This document shows, one piece after another, positions 46,321 to 59,150 of a stretch of DNA of 64,000 nt; the stretch's first letter is position 1, and each line of letters opens with the position of its first letter. The DNA comes from Chrysemys picta bellii (lineage: Eukaryota), in NCBI RefSeq assembly GCF_011386835.1, contig NC_088794.1, positions 6,076,001 to 6,140,000 of the forward strand. Direction: 5' to 3'. The notes beneath the pieces are model-generated. The model did no database searches, was not told where the DNA came from, and saw only the letters and a program-made list of their open reading frames with translations. A program made the translations under genes and the position numbers.

Positions 46321-46431
46321 TTATTACCTAGAAGGATACAACATTTGTTACCTAGAAGGATACAGTATGTTGCTCTTTGCATCTACAATGAGATGGGTTT
46401 TGCTGGTGAGGGATCCTTCAGCTTCCTGGCT

Positions 46432-46724
46432 GAGGAAAATGGGCCAATTTCCTTTGAAACTAAGAACAGGGAATGAAGTGAGCTCATGAAGTGAGCCCAA
46501 GTTTTGAAGACAACATGTCCATGTGCAGTTATCCCCAGAGGACTTGAAAGACATTTTAATGATCCCATCAGTTCTTAGCCTGATGTGCAGACCTCTGGGG
46601 ACCACCCAGGGATTACATCTGCAAATGCCACTAAAACTAATATATAAACAAACCCAGCGGTCTCCAAATACAATTCTTTTGGCGGGGTCAACAATGACAG
46701 ACATCTGCCTGCTGCCGGTGGGTT
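46432..46724 (+). promoter_or_regulatory. Candidate promoter and non-coding first exon of the OR at 50488
   Basis: Homologous (~65-70%) to 16612-16890: TCCCCAGAGGA 46532-46542, TTTTAATGA (TAATGA 46557-46562), O/E-like sites 46592-46612, TATATAAA 46641-46648, CCG|GTGGGT (GT at 46718). Confidence 0.55.
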
Positions 46725-47824
46725 TCATCACTCTGGTTCTGATGGAGCTGGCATAAATATTCTCTTTTGACTTTTTTTTTTTTTTGCAAGTGGAAATAGT
46801 TCTGATTTGGAGCCAATTCACCTGGAGAAGGGACTGTCTGAAGAGTCCATCTATTATTGTGTTCCTTTTGCACAGTAACACAATGCTGAGGAAAGTCATG
46901 CTGATGCCTCAAGTAATCTGGGAAACACAAGTGATTGCTTAGGTAAGAGTAATGTATGAAAAAAAGGGCAGTGGAAGTTGATGTTACAAAAAGGCCATGT
47001 TCTCAATGGCTGTAACTTCTCTGAAATCAATGCCCATTTGCTCTAGTTGAGGGCCTGACTTACGATAGGGGAGTGGTAGCTCTGGTATACTTAATGATGG
47101 GACTTGTCTACTGTTGAACAGCTGGTTTCTGTAAGTGCTTTACAATCAGCGTGCTTGCTTGGGATGTCTTGAAAATTGCGCTGCCTCCTGGAAGCCAAGG
47201 GTAAGGTCCAAATGGATAGTCGCTTGTGCTTGGAATTCTCGAGGTACAGCCCCACGGTTCTGAGTGCTTGCTAACCCAAGTCAGACTGCTTTGAGTGTGG
47301 ACTGAAGGGGACTTGGGCTCAAAGCTGACTCCCGGGCTTCATGTGCATTGTGGGCATCCCAAGGCTGGCTCGAGGTGACAGTCTGTGCTCATCGAGTCTT
47401 AGCATCACTCTTGAACTGTGAGCTTCAGTCCTGGCCCTGGCAGCTTCCTTAACCTGTGTGTGGACGTGAGTTACATTCTGCAGAGGTTTCTTTTGGAACT
47501 TTTGCCCTGAGAGCAAAGCTCCTGGTTTAGGGGCTGATTTTTCGAGATGCTCCAAAATGTGTCGGCATCAGGGGATTGACTTTAAAGTGACATGTTCTAA
47601 CCGAGCCAGGGATGGGATCTGAGAGATACATTTGGGATCATTTTGTTCCGAGGATCCAGCCATGCAGCCCTTCTTAAAATTAGCTGCTTATAATTTTCAG
47701 AGTACTAAAATCGACATATATAGGTAAATTGATTTCAAACGTGATATGCTGCAAGGCAGTTTGGAGTAGAGCTGGCGGTGCTATTTGGGGGTAATTTGGT
47801 TAAGAGATTCCTGAGAAGCCAGGA

Positions 47825-48180
47825 CAGGGGTTCTCAGCCTTTCTCTTTCTGAGTCATCCCACCCCCAACATGCTATAAAAACTCCAGGGCCCAGCTGTGC
47901 CACAACAACTGTGTTTCTGCATATAAAAGCAAGGCCGGCATTAGGGGATAAAATTGCCTGGGGCCCTATACCACAGGGGGTCCGCGAAGCTAAGTTGCTC
48001 AGGCTTTAGCTTCAGCCTCGGGTAGTGGGGCTGGGGGCCATGGGCTGCAATCCTGTACGGTGGGGCTTTGGCTTTCTGCTCTGGGCCCTAGCGAGTCTAA
48101 TGCCAGCCATGCCTGGAGGAAACCCTGAAACCTGCTCACGGCCCGCCCAGGGGCCCCGGACTCCTTGTTGAGAACTACAG
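47825..48180. mobile_element. hAT-type MITE
   Basis: TIRs caggggttctca / ttgagaactacag; degenerate 8-bp flanks agccagga/aggtaggg. Confidence 0.65.
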
Positions 48181-48779
48181 AGGTAGGGAACAAAACTAGG
48201 GATCTGACTGCTATGCCATATACCATTGGACTGTCCTGGGATCAGCCCCTTTGTGAGTGACACACACTAAGCAGTGTACTCCCTTGGTGACTTAAGGGCC
48301 CAGGTCCTGTCCCTAGAACGAAAGGACCGTGTGTCCCCACCCTTTACCCCAGTATTTTGTGTGCTGTCCGCCTTAGTGCTCTCAAGGTGCCTTTCTGCTC
48401 AGTGTTTGGGACCACAAGGAAGCAACTTTGGAAGCATGAGCGGGACAGTCACTTTAGAGGATGTCCAGCCCTCCACAAACATCCCCCCCCCCACAATGCC
48501 CTAGAGCTATCTGCCGACGTCTTGGTGGGGGACAGTTTGGGGGGCAGTGCTGGGTCAGAGATCGGATGCCTGGATGGCGATGGAGAGCCTTGATGATATG
48601 GGAGGGAATAGTTGCCACACAGAAAATGACACGGGAGAGGCCAGTGTAAGAATCCCAGCCAGGATAAATCACCCATCTATTGGGATAGGCTCACTGAACG
48701 CCTGCCTGGCAGCACTAGATATGATGAACCGGGTCTGTGCCAGCCACGAGGAACAAATGTGCTCAACGCATAGCACGGG

Positions 48780-49250
48780 CACACGGGACAGGGTGAGGAG
48801 CTGAGAACGGGCGTGCTCGGTGCATGGTACAGTACATAGCTCTGGGATTGTAGCTGGGAGCTGAGAATACATCAATGAGAGCAGACTAAGGAACCGTGAA
48901 TGGGCTTGCTCGATGAATGGCACATGCACACCGTGCTGGGACAAGGACTGGAAGCTGGGGATGGGAATGTGATCTGCATGGCACAAGTCCAACAAGGGCT
49001 GCGTTGCAATCCTACAGGCACATTCAGGGCACGTTCAGTGTGTGGCATGGTGCACAGACCAGGTGTGGTCAGTGCGTGGCACAGAACACAGGTCTGGGAT
49101 CATAGTTGGGAGCAGAAAAGATGCATGCTTGGTGCATGCACCTGGCAAACACTGTGAGACCAGTGTAGGGATCTGGAAATAAGTATGTTTGGTGCATTGT
49201 GCAGGCATACAACTCTGCCACTTGATGGGGAGCTGCGAATGGGCTCTGTA
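48780..49250 (+). repeat. Decayed tandem repeat, unit ~50-65 bp
   Basis: Recurring ggagctgagaa...gct(c/t)ggtgcatgg and tctgggat(t/c)(g/a)tag(c/t)tgggagc motifs. Confidence 0.35.
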
Positions 49251-49469
49251 GTAAGAAATGTATGAGTGCCCATGTGTCATATCCTTTCTCACACTGAGTA
49301 GAAGCTTGTTACGCAAAGATTCCTATTGGTCAATGGTAAAGCTCATTGATGTGGATTATGGTCTCAGATTCTGGGTTTTCTATAACCTTGGAAGCTTATT
49401 CCAATACTTACCTATCCTTAGAGTTAGAGAGTTTCCTCCTCATAACTAACCTAACCTGGAAGGTTGGTC

Positions 49470-49992
49470 GAAGCATGAAGGGGCATACAAATGTTTAGCA
49501 TATCTGGATGTAAATACTTTTCAACACTGGCTACAACAGTGCCATGCAAATGCCTCTTCTCACTTTCAGGTGACATTGTAAATAAGAAGTGGGCAGCATT
49601 ATCGCCTGTAAATATAAACGAACTTGTTTGTCTTAGTGATTGGCTGAACAAGAAGTAGAACTGAGTGGACTTGTAGGCTCTGAAGTTTTACACTGTTTTG
49701 TTTTTGAGTGCAGTTATGTGAAAATAATCTTACATTTGTAAATTGCACTTTCACAATTAAGAGATTGCAGTATGAGGTGAATTGAAAAATACTATTATCT
49801 TTTTTACAGTGCAAATATTTGTAATAAAACAATAACACAAAGTGAGCACTGTACAATTTGTGTTCTGTATTGTAACTGGAATCAATATATTGTTGAAAAC
49901 ATCCAAAAATATTTAAATAAACAGTGTTCTATTATTGTTAAATCTGCAATTATTTTTATATCTCACAATTATATTGTTAATTGTTTGACAGA
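49470..49992 (+). mobile_element. hAT transposon 3' fragment with transposase dimerisation-domain fossil
   Basis: 49524-49658 translates TLATTVPCKCLFSLSGDIVNKKWAALSPVNINELVCLSDWLNKK*, matching the hATC pattern (PxxSVxxERxFSxxGxxxxxxRxxLxxxxxxxLxxL). Confidence 0.8.
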
Positions 49993-50019
49993 CGTACTAG
50001 TTTGCTTATGAAAATGTTA

Positions 50020-50162
50020 TGTGCGACTGTGTCTAAAGCCTTACTAAAATCTATATCGTATCTACTGCTTCACCTCATCTTCTAGGCTGGTTACACTGTC
50101 AAAGAAGGACATTAGGTTGAGTTGGCATGATTTCTTCTTGACAAATCCGTGTTGGCTGTTAC
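50020..50162 (-). mobile_element. Old CR1 RT fragment
   Basis: Antisense of the QHGFVKK...LDF.KAFD.V coding region (gtctaaagccttactaaaatc...gttggcatgatttcttcttgacaaatcc). Confidence 0.6.
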
Positions 50163-50487
50163 TTATTGTTGGCAACAGGGATTGAACTACGGCTCTGACT
50201 TTAAGAGTATGAGCGTCTACTGCCAGAACTCAAAGACCCAACTGTGTAGCCTGAAGCCAGTAGCAGACTCTTAAATCTCGATATGGTCTAGTCACTACAG
50301 GGACCCAGAGAAGCAGAGGGTATATTTGATAGTTATAATATCTTCAGACCTATGCACTGACTACAGTTTATGCTTTATTGAAAGTGACAGAATTACACCA
50401 AGGGGTTTGCACTCAGCCCTTCTTTGTCTCCTCTTTCAGTGTACACCTCACTTTTCTCACCTGCCGAGGACAGTGCATCTGGGATAA

Positions 50488-51423
50488 ATGGGAGAGAGAA
50501 ATCGCACTCTGGTGACTGAGTTCATCTTGTTGGGATTCACAGACAACCTGAAGCTGCAGGTCACCCTCTTTGTAGTGTTTCTGTTGATCTACTTGCTGAT
50601 CCTAATGGGGAACCTCACCTTGGTCACCTTAATCAGGACTGACTCCCGACTTCACACCCCCATGTACTTTTTCATCAGCAACCTGGCCCTCTTAGATGTC
50701 AGCTACTCCACCATCATAATTCCCAGCACGCTGATGACCTTTGTAGCAAGGAGAAAGGTCATTTCAGTCACTGGATGCACTGTGCAGTTTTTCTTCTTCT
50801 CCATCGCCATCTCTTGTGAATGCTGGCTGTTGAGTGTGATGGCGTATGACCGCTTCACGGCCATCTGCAGCCCATTGCTCTACACCGTCATCATGTCCAA
50901 GCGGTTCTGCGTGCTGCTGGTGCTGGGGTCATATTTCATGAGCTGTCTGAATTCAATGGTTCAAACTGCATTTATATTCCATTTGTCATTCTGTGATGCC
51001 TATATCAATCATTTCTTCTGTGATGTGCCCCCCATTGTGAAGCTGTCCTGCTCTGACACCCACATCACAGACATTGTTCATTTCACCTGTGCGACGATGC
51101 TAGTAACAACTACCATCCTGATTATCCTCATCTCCTATATATACATCATGGTCACTATCCTAAGGATCAACTCTGCTAAGGACCAACGCAAAGCTTTCTC
51201 CACCTGCGTCTCCCACCTGATGGCTGTCACCATCTTCTACGGAACGGGCTCTTTCATGTATTTACGGCCCAGTTCAAAGTCTTCCATGGATCAGGACAAA
51301 ATCATCTCTGTGTTTTATACCCTTGTGATCCCCATGCTGAACCCCCTGATCTACAGCCTGAGGAATAAAGAGGTCAAAGAGGCCTTTAGGAGGATGAGAG
51401 AGAGGAAGGTTTTTTCTCGGTAA
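50488..51423 (+). CDS. Olfactory receptor, class II, OR5-family-like, 311 aa, intact; older paralog of the 20295/29316 pair
   Basis: [35 protein letters not shown] and [15 protein letters not shown] motifs; sequon NRT; one-codon deletion in ECL2; shares the 5' acceptor region with the other two. Confidence 0.96.
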   Translation: MGERNRTLVTEFILLGFTDNLKLQVTLFVVFLLIYLLILMGNLTLVTLIRTDSRLHTPMYFFISNLALLDVSYSTIIIPSTLMTFVARRKVISVTGCTVQFFFFSIAISCECWLLSVMAYDRFTAICSPLLYTVIMSKRFCVLLVLGSYFMSCLNSMVQTAFIFHLSFCDAYINHFFCDVPPIVKLSCSDTHITDIVHFTCATMLVTTTILIILISYIYIMVTILRINSAKDQRKAFSTCVSHLMAVTIFYGTGSFMYLRPSSKSSMDQDKIISVFYTLVIPMLNPLIYSLRNKEVKEAFRRMRERKVFSR

Positions 51424-53263
51424 ATGTAAAAACTGGGTCTGGCTTTAATTCAATAGAGGGAAGAAAAGGCGGGGAATGATTTCTCTGTATTGTTAGCTTG
51501 ATTTCTGTGAATAATCAATGTGTGCACCTTCCATGAAAAGGAATAAAGGAAGGTAGATTTTCCTAGTTCTTACATCACTAAATGCATCAGGAATAGTTAT
51601 CAGAGAAGAAATGGGGGACTTTGTCAAGGTTTGTGCAGCTGGCTCTTAGAACACAGAAATATATTAGGAAAACCTGTCAAACAAACAGACTCATGAACCA
51701 GCAATGCAAATTGCCTTTTGCTAACTAATAGAAAATAGATGCATTCAACTCACACAGGCAAAGTACATTAATTAAATCATGGAATTTGTTTGTTGTTGCA
51801 GCTATACGTGCAATTAAAAAGGAGATGTGATGTAACCACAGTAAGAAAGTAGTGAATAGATACAGTACATTGTATTTAGAATGTTTTATATTCATGCTGA
51901 AACTGTACTGTTGGTAGATGATGTAACCTGTGCATGAACTTGCTCTGTATACAGCAGGAGAATTCAACATGGCTAGAGAAACACATTCAACCTGACAGCC
52001 TTTAGGTATTCTCCTATGCTTGGCTTCTGCAACCTTCTGTCTTATCTATCTATCTACCTACCTACCTAAAAGTTTTATAGTGTTAGCCAATCTCATATAC
52101 AATATTATCTATAATAGTAGGTATGTTTATACAAGTATGAATTGTATTCATCTTAAGATCTTCCAAAATTATTTTTACTTATGTTATGCTATTTAACCAA
52201 GAGGAGATGTGAACTATTGTAATCTCAGAGAACAAGGACAAGACAAATAATTTTGCTAACGCCTCACTAACATATGCTTTATAACAAGTTTTTACTGGTA
52301 GAGGATGCTTCGAAGGTTTTGCCAACTTCTCAAATATAATGGTCAAAACAGAGATAATAAACTAGTTATACATGTTGTCCTGTTTACTTTCCAGTCTGTG
52401 CCAGCCCAGCAAAAACATTCAAAAACATGTCAAAGATAAGAGATAAAAAACCCCTCAACTCTAGTGTAGATAGAGGCAGAGTGAAGCTCAGATTTTAAGG
52501 CAGTCTGACCTCTGCATTGTTACCATCCAGATGTGTTGGTAATATATGTAGTCTTCCTTTCTCTGTTATGCTGCATTTACCTGTTACTAAGAATATTTTA
52601 TTCATAAAAGTTGATTAAGCCTAGCCATTTGGCATTATTGAATTCAGTCGAACCTGTAACATGTGGTAATGATTTAGGGCTGGACCCAGTGTGCCTTAAA
52701 AGCCAAATGCACAACTCCCACTGATTTCACTGGTGCAAATCAAGCCTTTAAAGGGGGTGAGGAGAGGGAATTCTCTGAGCTTGTCCATTTTCCAAATGAT
52801 TTTTATTTACCCATCTTGCACAAATATCTGAAGAGCTAAATTCAGCTTGGGCCAGTAAATGCAGCAAAATGACATTTCCTCTCTCGGTAACATGACATTA
52901 CATGTCCCATTTTGGGGTGGTATCTGTGCCATTAATAGTTCCTCTGTTTATACCTTGGAAACTATTCAAAGTGATGCTTTAAAATGTCATGTGATGGGAA
53001 GATGGATAAACTTCAATGCTGATCTGTCCCTTAGGTAAGATCCATTTTGATACTGATAGCTATGGTTTCCATGTACTTGTCTGGCACATTTCATCCACTG
53101 AAGGATCTCCGAGAATGTCACAGGAGTCTTATGCACATTATTTTCCCCACTGCTTTATCACAGTTGCCTCTGCGGTGAGGCCGTTCTGGGCTAATGCAAT
53201 GTAGCCAACATGAAACATGTCAAGAGTTAAAGGTCTAGCTGCCTCTTTGAACCCTCTTTGGCC

Positions 53264-53362
53264 AAATCCATGGAGGACTGGTGCAAAGCCTTCTCCACCT
53301 GCATCTTCCACTTGGTGGCCATCACAGTGTTCTTTGGAACTGGCTATTCCATGTATTCACAA
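53264..53362 (+). pseudogene. OR relic (ICL3-TM6 fragment only)
   Basis: Translates KSMEDWCKAFSTCIFHLVAITVFFGTGYSMY, aligning to [25 protein letters not shown] of the neighbouring ORs. Confidence 0.75.
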
Positions 53363-53831
53363 TATTTTGTGCACTCCCTCACGTGTTTGGGCTCTTGCCT
53401 TTGCCTGTCCTGGGAAGAAATCCCCGAATTCTCCCACTCTTAGATTATCAGCTCCTGTGTATCTACAGTGGCTTCTGATCGGGTCCATCTGGGCATGGGG
53501 CCTGCAAGTCTTCCCTTCAGGAGCTGTGATGAGTAATTAACACAGTGACCAGCTTTCTTAAAAAGAACCCCAAAACCTGTGTTTCATCTTAACAACAAAA
53601 ACACAGCACAGCATGGGAGCAAAAGGATTTTCTGACAGTAAACCAGTCTAGGTGCACGAGTGTCTCACCTAAGGCTTAAGAACCCCTGGGGAGATCAGGA
53701 AGGCCCTTCTGCCGGGCCCATGGCTATGTCAGCCGGAGCCTCACAAACAGCACCTGACAACTGCCCCACCCTCACTAGAGATTTCCTTTTTAACTATTTC
53801 ATATCCGTTCATTCTATTCCTACCTGTATAA

Positions 53832-54116
53832 GGGCTGTTCTGCACTGAAAACTGTCAGTGTAGCTACGTCTCTCTGGAGAGTGAAAAATCCACACACACC
53901 CTCTGAGAGACATAGCTATGCCAACATAACCCCATGGCATACACAGTGCTAGGTCCATGGAAGAATCCTTCTGTCAACCTAGCTACCGCCTCTCAGGAAG
54001 GCGGATTAACTACACAGATGGGAGTACCCCTCCTATCCCTGTCGTGAGCATCTACACTGAAGTGCTACAGATGCAGCACCTTGTGCGGTGGTAATAGTTT
54101 AAGTATAGACACACCA
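53832..54116. mobile_element. Harbinger-type MITE
   Basis: gggctgttctgcact ... agtatagacacacca with TAA on both sides (53829-53831 / 54117-54119). Confidence 0.7.
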
Positions 54117-54429
54117 TAAATTTGGGCTGGAGGCAAGGATTTGGGCACCATTTCTTAGTCCTGTTGCAATGTGAAGGATGGGAGGGTTGATCCATAACTA
54201 TTTATGGCTACTGTATATGACATAGAAAGTGAGATTAAATACGGTCTAGTTTACACTGTGTTCTTGGGATGATGTAATAGATACATTGATTAAGCTGGAC
54301 TGTTAGGAAACTAGCATGAAGGCAACAAAATATCTCTAGTAGAAGTAACCTGCCGGTAAACATGGCAGGAGTCATTAGCTGCTTCCTATTAATTTCTTTG
54401 GCTGATCTCTGATTCTTGTCTTTTGTGAA

Positions 54430-55125
54430 GGGGGAAATAGCATTTCCTGGGGTAAATAACACTGCTTTATTCACTTTCTCCACATCGTTAATGATTTTAG
54501 TGACCTCGATCATATTCCCCCATAGTTGTCTCTTTTCCGAACTGAACTGTCCCGGTCCTTTTAATCTTTCCTCATATGGAAGCTGTTCCATAACCTGATC
54601 ATTGTTGTCACCCTTCCCTGTATCTTTTCCACTGCTAATATATATTTTTGAGATGGGCAGACCAAAACTGCATGCAGTATTCTAGATGTGAGTGTACCAT
54701 GGATTTATATAATGGCCTTATGATATTTACTGTCTTATTATTTATCCTTTTCCTAATGGTTCTTATCATCTTATCTTATCTGTTAGCTTTTTGACTGCTA
54801 CTGCAGCCAGAGTGGATGTTTTCAGAGAACTGTCCACAATGACTCCAAGATCTCTCTCATGAGTGGTAACAGCTAATCTAGACCCCATGATTTTGTGTGG
54901 CTAGTTGTATGACTCCTCAGTCTGGGACAGTTCCTCAGATCCGTCACCAAAAAAGAATGGTTCAGGTGTGGGAATCTCTCTCATATCCTCTGCAGTCAAG
55001 ACCAATGCAAAGAATTCATTTAGCTTCTCTGCAATGGCCTTGTCTTCTTTGAGGGCTCCTTTAGCACCTCGATCATCTAGTGCCCCCCACCCATTCTTTG
55101 TCAGGCTTCCTGCTTCTGATGTACC
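54430..55125 (-). mobile_element. CR1 ORF2 remnant with a large internal deletion
   Basis: 54905-55125 is antisense to the KAIAEKLNEFFA...REIPTPEP region; 54430-54900 is antisense to the ORF2 C-terminus. The RT core between them is absent. Confidence 0.85.
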
Positions 55126-55668
55126 TAAAAAAAAAGGCATTTCCCTCTTATGTTGCTCCTGCCTTCTTTCTCACCATGCAAGGCCCAGTGACAGGGGTAA
55201 CAGCAGCAAGATCTCACTTTTCCCTCATCACTAGAGCCAGTTGGGAATTTTCCATTGGGATGATCTTCTGGTAGAACATACCTTTCTCACAAAATTTTAG
55301 GGAGGAAATTTTTATTTTTGCTGATTTTTTTTTCCATTGGAGAAGTTGAAAGGACAGGACTCAGCTACCTTCTTGGAAAGACCGTGCCAATCTCGTGTTC
55401 TACCAACAGAGAGGAAATGAAATTGGGAAGAGCCTTCTGGGCGGGTGGCCAGTCAGCCAAAAAACTCCATTTTGGGTTTCCCAAAATGGAATTTTTCAGA
55501 ATTTCCCTCCCACAAAGTATTTTGAGATTTTAACTTTTTGTCCTGAGTTAGGATGATTATTTTTTTTGAAATCTCAACATTTTCCATAGGAGAGAAATTC
55601 CATTTTCAGGCCAGCTCCTCTCGCTTCTGTTTATTATTAAATGATGAAACTCATCCTCTTAGTTAGAT

Positions 55669-56606
55669 TCAGTGAGGAATAATTTTCTGGTATATTGTCT
55701 TCCTCAAGGCGTCTTTCACCTCCTTGTTCCTCAGGCTGTAGATCGGGGGTTCAACATGGGGATCACAAGGGTATAGAACATGGACACCACTTTGTCGTAC
55801 TCTGATGAGTTGCTGGATGTGGGTCGTAAGTACATAAAGAACAGAGCCCCATACAGTATGGACACAGCCATCAGGTGGGAGGTGCAGGTGGAGAAGGCTT
55901 TGCGTCTGCCCTCATTGGAGCGGATCCGCAAGATGGCCACCATGATAGAAACATAGGAAATGAGGATGACCAGGATAGTACTTAGTGCAGCTACAGCAGC
56001 AAAGAGGAAATGCACTGTGTCACCCACGCGAGTGTCAGAGCAGGAGAGTTTCTGGAGTGGGGGGATGTCACAGAAAAAGTGATCAATGATATTGGGGCCA
56101 CAGAAGGACAGGCTGAACAAAGAGCCTGTATGCACAATGGCATTAATGGAGGCATAAATGTATGATGCCACTACCAACTGGACACAGACTTTCCTGGACA
56201 TAATGAGCGTGTACATCAGCGGCTTGCATATAGCTATGAAGCGATCATATGCCATCACAGCCAGAAGTAAACCCTCAGAGTTCACAGAGAAGGAGTGGAA
56301 AAAAAATTGTGTGGCACACCCAGCAAAGGAAATGACTTTACTCTCTGCTAAGAAGTTCACCAGTGCCTTAGGGGCAATAATGGAAGAGTAAGTGAGGTCT
56401 ACAAGGGACAAGTTGCTGAGGAAAAAATACATGGGGGTGTGTAGCCGCGTCTCGATCCTGATCAAAGAGATCATGCTGAGATTCCCCGCTAGGCTCATGC
56501 TGTAGATAAGCAAAAACATCCCAAAGAGGACAGCTTGCAGCGATCGACTGCCTTTGAATCCGAGAAGGATGAACATGGACACTCCAGTATGATTGCCATG
56601 CGCCAT
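55669..56606 (-). pseudogene. Olfactory receptor (class II, OR5/8-like) with a 1-bp deletion frameshift in TM7
   Basis: Intact to PMLNP. A base missing between 55744 and 55745 gives RSTA*, while the shifted frame continues [24 protein letters not shown] (stop 55669-55671). Acceptor CAG at 56628-56630. Confidence 0.9.
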
Positions 56607-56947
56607 ATATTCCAGGTGCGATCGATGCTGTTGGGGTAGAAGAAAGAAACACAGCCAAGGTAAAGCGTATGATTAAAGATTAACTGCATGGGACTGGGAG
56701 GTGGATACCACCATTGTGAAATACAGTAGAAAGCCAAGATACAAAAGCCAAGTTATGCTGGTCCGGCTGTGTGACATTTGCAAACTTAAACTCATTTCAT
56801 GTGAGTCTGTTTAATTGCCAAGATTTTTACTCCTTTTAAAGAAAAGAGATTATAAAATAAAATAGAAAGATCACTTCAGAATTTTCAAAGTTTGCATCCC
56901 TGGCATTTGCAAATATAGCTTCATGGTATTATATGGCTAGGCATCAT

Positions 56948-57422
56948 TTGAAAGGAAGTAGAGACACTAGGAAGGATCCGGAGAGGAGTGACAAAGGTGA
57001 TCAAAGGGATGGAATGCGAGCAAAGGCTGAAGGAACTGGGTATGTTTAGTTTGGAAAAGAGGAGATTAAGGAGGGACATGATAGCCATCTTCAACTACTT
57101 GAAACACTGCCATAAAAAAATTGGAGAAAAGTTTTTCTCTCTTGCCACAGAGGGCAGGACAAGTAGCAGTGGGTTCAAACTACAGCACAGCCAATTTAGA
57201 TTAAACCTCAGGAAAAGCTTCCTAACTGTCAGAACAGTTGGGCAATGGAACAGACCTGCCAAGGGAGGTTGTGGAAGGTCCTTCACTGGAGGTTTTCAAA
57301 AGGAGGCTGGATAGCCATCGATCTTGGGTGGGTCAGACACAACAAACACTGCATTTTGGCTGGGGGGTAGACTAGAACATGACCCATGTGGTCCCTTCTA
57401 ACCCTATGGTTCTATGATTCTC
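56948..57422 (+). mobile_element. CR1 3' fragment
   Basis: ORF 56988-57314 (LKELGMFSLEKRRLRRD...KSFLTVRTVGQWNR); tail tatggttctatgattc. Confidence 0.92.
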
Positions 57423-59039
57423 TGAACTCTGCAACAACCTGATATAGAGCAGAAAGGTGGATGAGGTGTTTGAAAACCAGCCTTATATTGCAGCACTAGC
57501 ACCCTTCCATAATTAAATCATCGGTTAGGAACCACGATATATTTATGACAAGTCAGCCAAAACCTCACTTTTGGAATAAAGTCCCAGAGTAAATTCAACA
57601 AAGACAATTCTTTTGGAGATAACTAAGTTAATATTCACAAAGGGGGTGTTCACATAACTAAAGGAGGTATGAATGAACTGCAGAGTTCAACAAAGGGAGG
57701 CTGTAGTTAAACCATGGATGAAAGAAGCCCTCACACCCGTTCTGGCCCCTGGCACTAGCATGGAACTGGCATAACTCAGCGAGGAATCAGAAGCAACACA
57801 AGTGGGTTTGGAAAAGATCACCATTCAAGAGAAAACCAGTCTACTGAACAGTGATACGACTAAAACATCTCTCTCTCTCTCCTCTCTCTCACGTTCACTA
57901 TGGCAATATCACCCTCCCACCTCACCTGTTTTTGGCCCTGTAGCGCAAGCCACACAAGGCAGAATCAATTGACCTGGCCTCTAAGACTCTCTGCCATGGG
58001 TTATTTTTCCTTTCTGCAGTGTAGACATACTTTGAAGCTCTGTTAATCTCGCTCGTGTACCCAGAGTGCGTGGAGACAGTGCTTTCTTTCTCAGAAGATA
58101 TTTTGAAAGCAGAAACATTAAGCAGCTTCATAGTGAATACACACCCGATAGCCACCTAGAACTCCACAATGAGATGCCCCAGTAGCAGGGAGTGTTGGTC
58201 AGACAGCGTCCAGGGAGACGGTTACTTGGAATCCAAGTGGGTCCAAATGTGCTTGTTCTTCCACTTCAAGCTAATGAGAAAATCTGAAATATACACGAGC
58301 TTTTTATTTTCGTTCCATTATCTCTGTGTATCCACCCTGAACCCTAGCAGAGACTAGTGTGTTGGGGGAAGCCAGTGCTGCCCGTTCTGTACAGAACGTT
58401 CTTTCTACAGAGAGACACCATCTCTCTCTAGGGCTGCCAATCTAGAATATTTCACCAGCAGAAAACCTGCTCAAAGAAGTTTAAAATGAAAACATTTGTT
58501 GTTCAAAAGCATGAACTGCATTTACAAAAAAAAAAAAAATCCCTTGCAACTTGATTCCTGGCAAACAAGGGGTATTTTTATCTTACCTTTTCCTTTTTTT
58601 TTTCATTTGAGGAGCGTATACAATAACTTAGTTCACTGAAGCACATTGGGCCAGATCCTTAGTTGGTATAAATCATTACAGCTCTATTGCGGTCGATGGT
58701 ACTATGAGAATCGACAACAGCTGAGGGTCTCTAGCCCCATATATGACACTCCCCCCCCAAAAAATCACATGCCGCATTCAGGGTAGTTTAGGCTTTTTAT
58801 CCCATTTTACTGCACATAATACAATGAGAGATAATCAAGACAACATTTTGGTGGTAAAAGAGTCACCATTTTCAGAACAGAAAAAACAACCACCCTGTTT
58901 CTCAGTGAAAAGAATGGATCTGGGTGTATTTACCAGGTAGCTGAAGAAAAGAAAACATTTTGTTTACTCACATTAGTCTTTGTCCTGTAATATTAAAGCT
59001 GCCTGTTGCAAGAGAGACATCTCTCTTTCTCGGAGTCAA

Positions 59040-59150
59040 AAAGTGTAATTAGAGGCAGGGCGTATTTATTTGGTCTGCAGGCATTTGGAGACAGAATCCC
59101 TTAGAGCTGTCAATCTCACGTCTGGCACAAAGGGCATCATTAAAATGCCC
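59040..59150 (-). promoter_or_regulatory. Candidate homeodomain/O-E promoter module for the OR at 56606
   Basis: TTTTAATGA on the minus strand (59137-59145), TAATTA (59046-59051) and an O/E-like tcccttagag (59097-59106). Motif-only evidence. Confidence 0.3.

Noticed and set aside
48440-48475. VTLEDV string resembling the start of a KRAB-A box
   Set aside because: The following residues (QPSTNIPPP) do not match AVxFSxEEW, and no zinc-finger exon is nearby.
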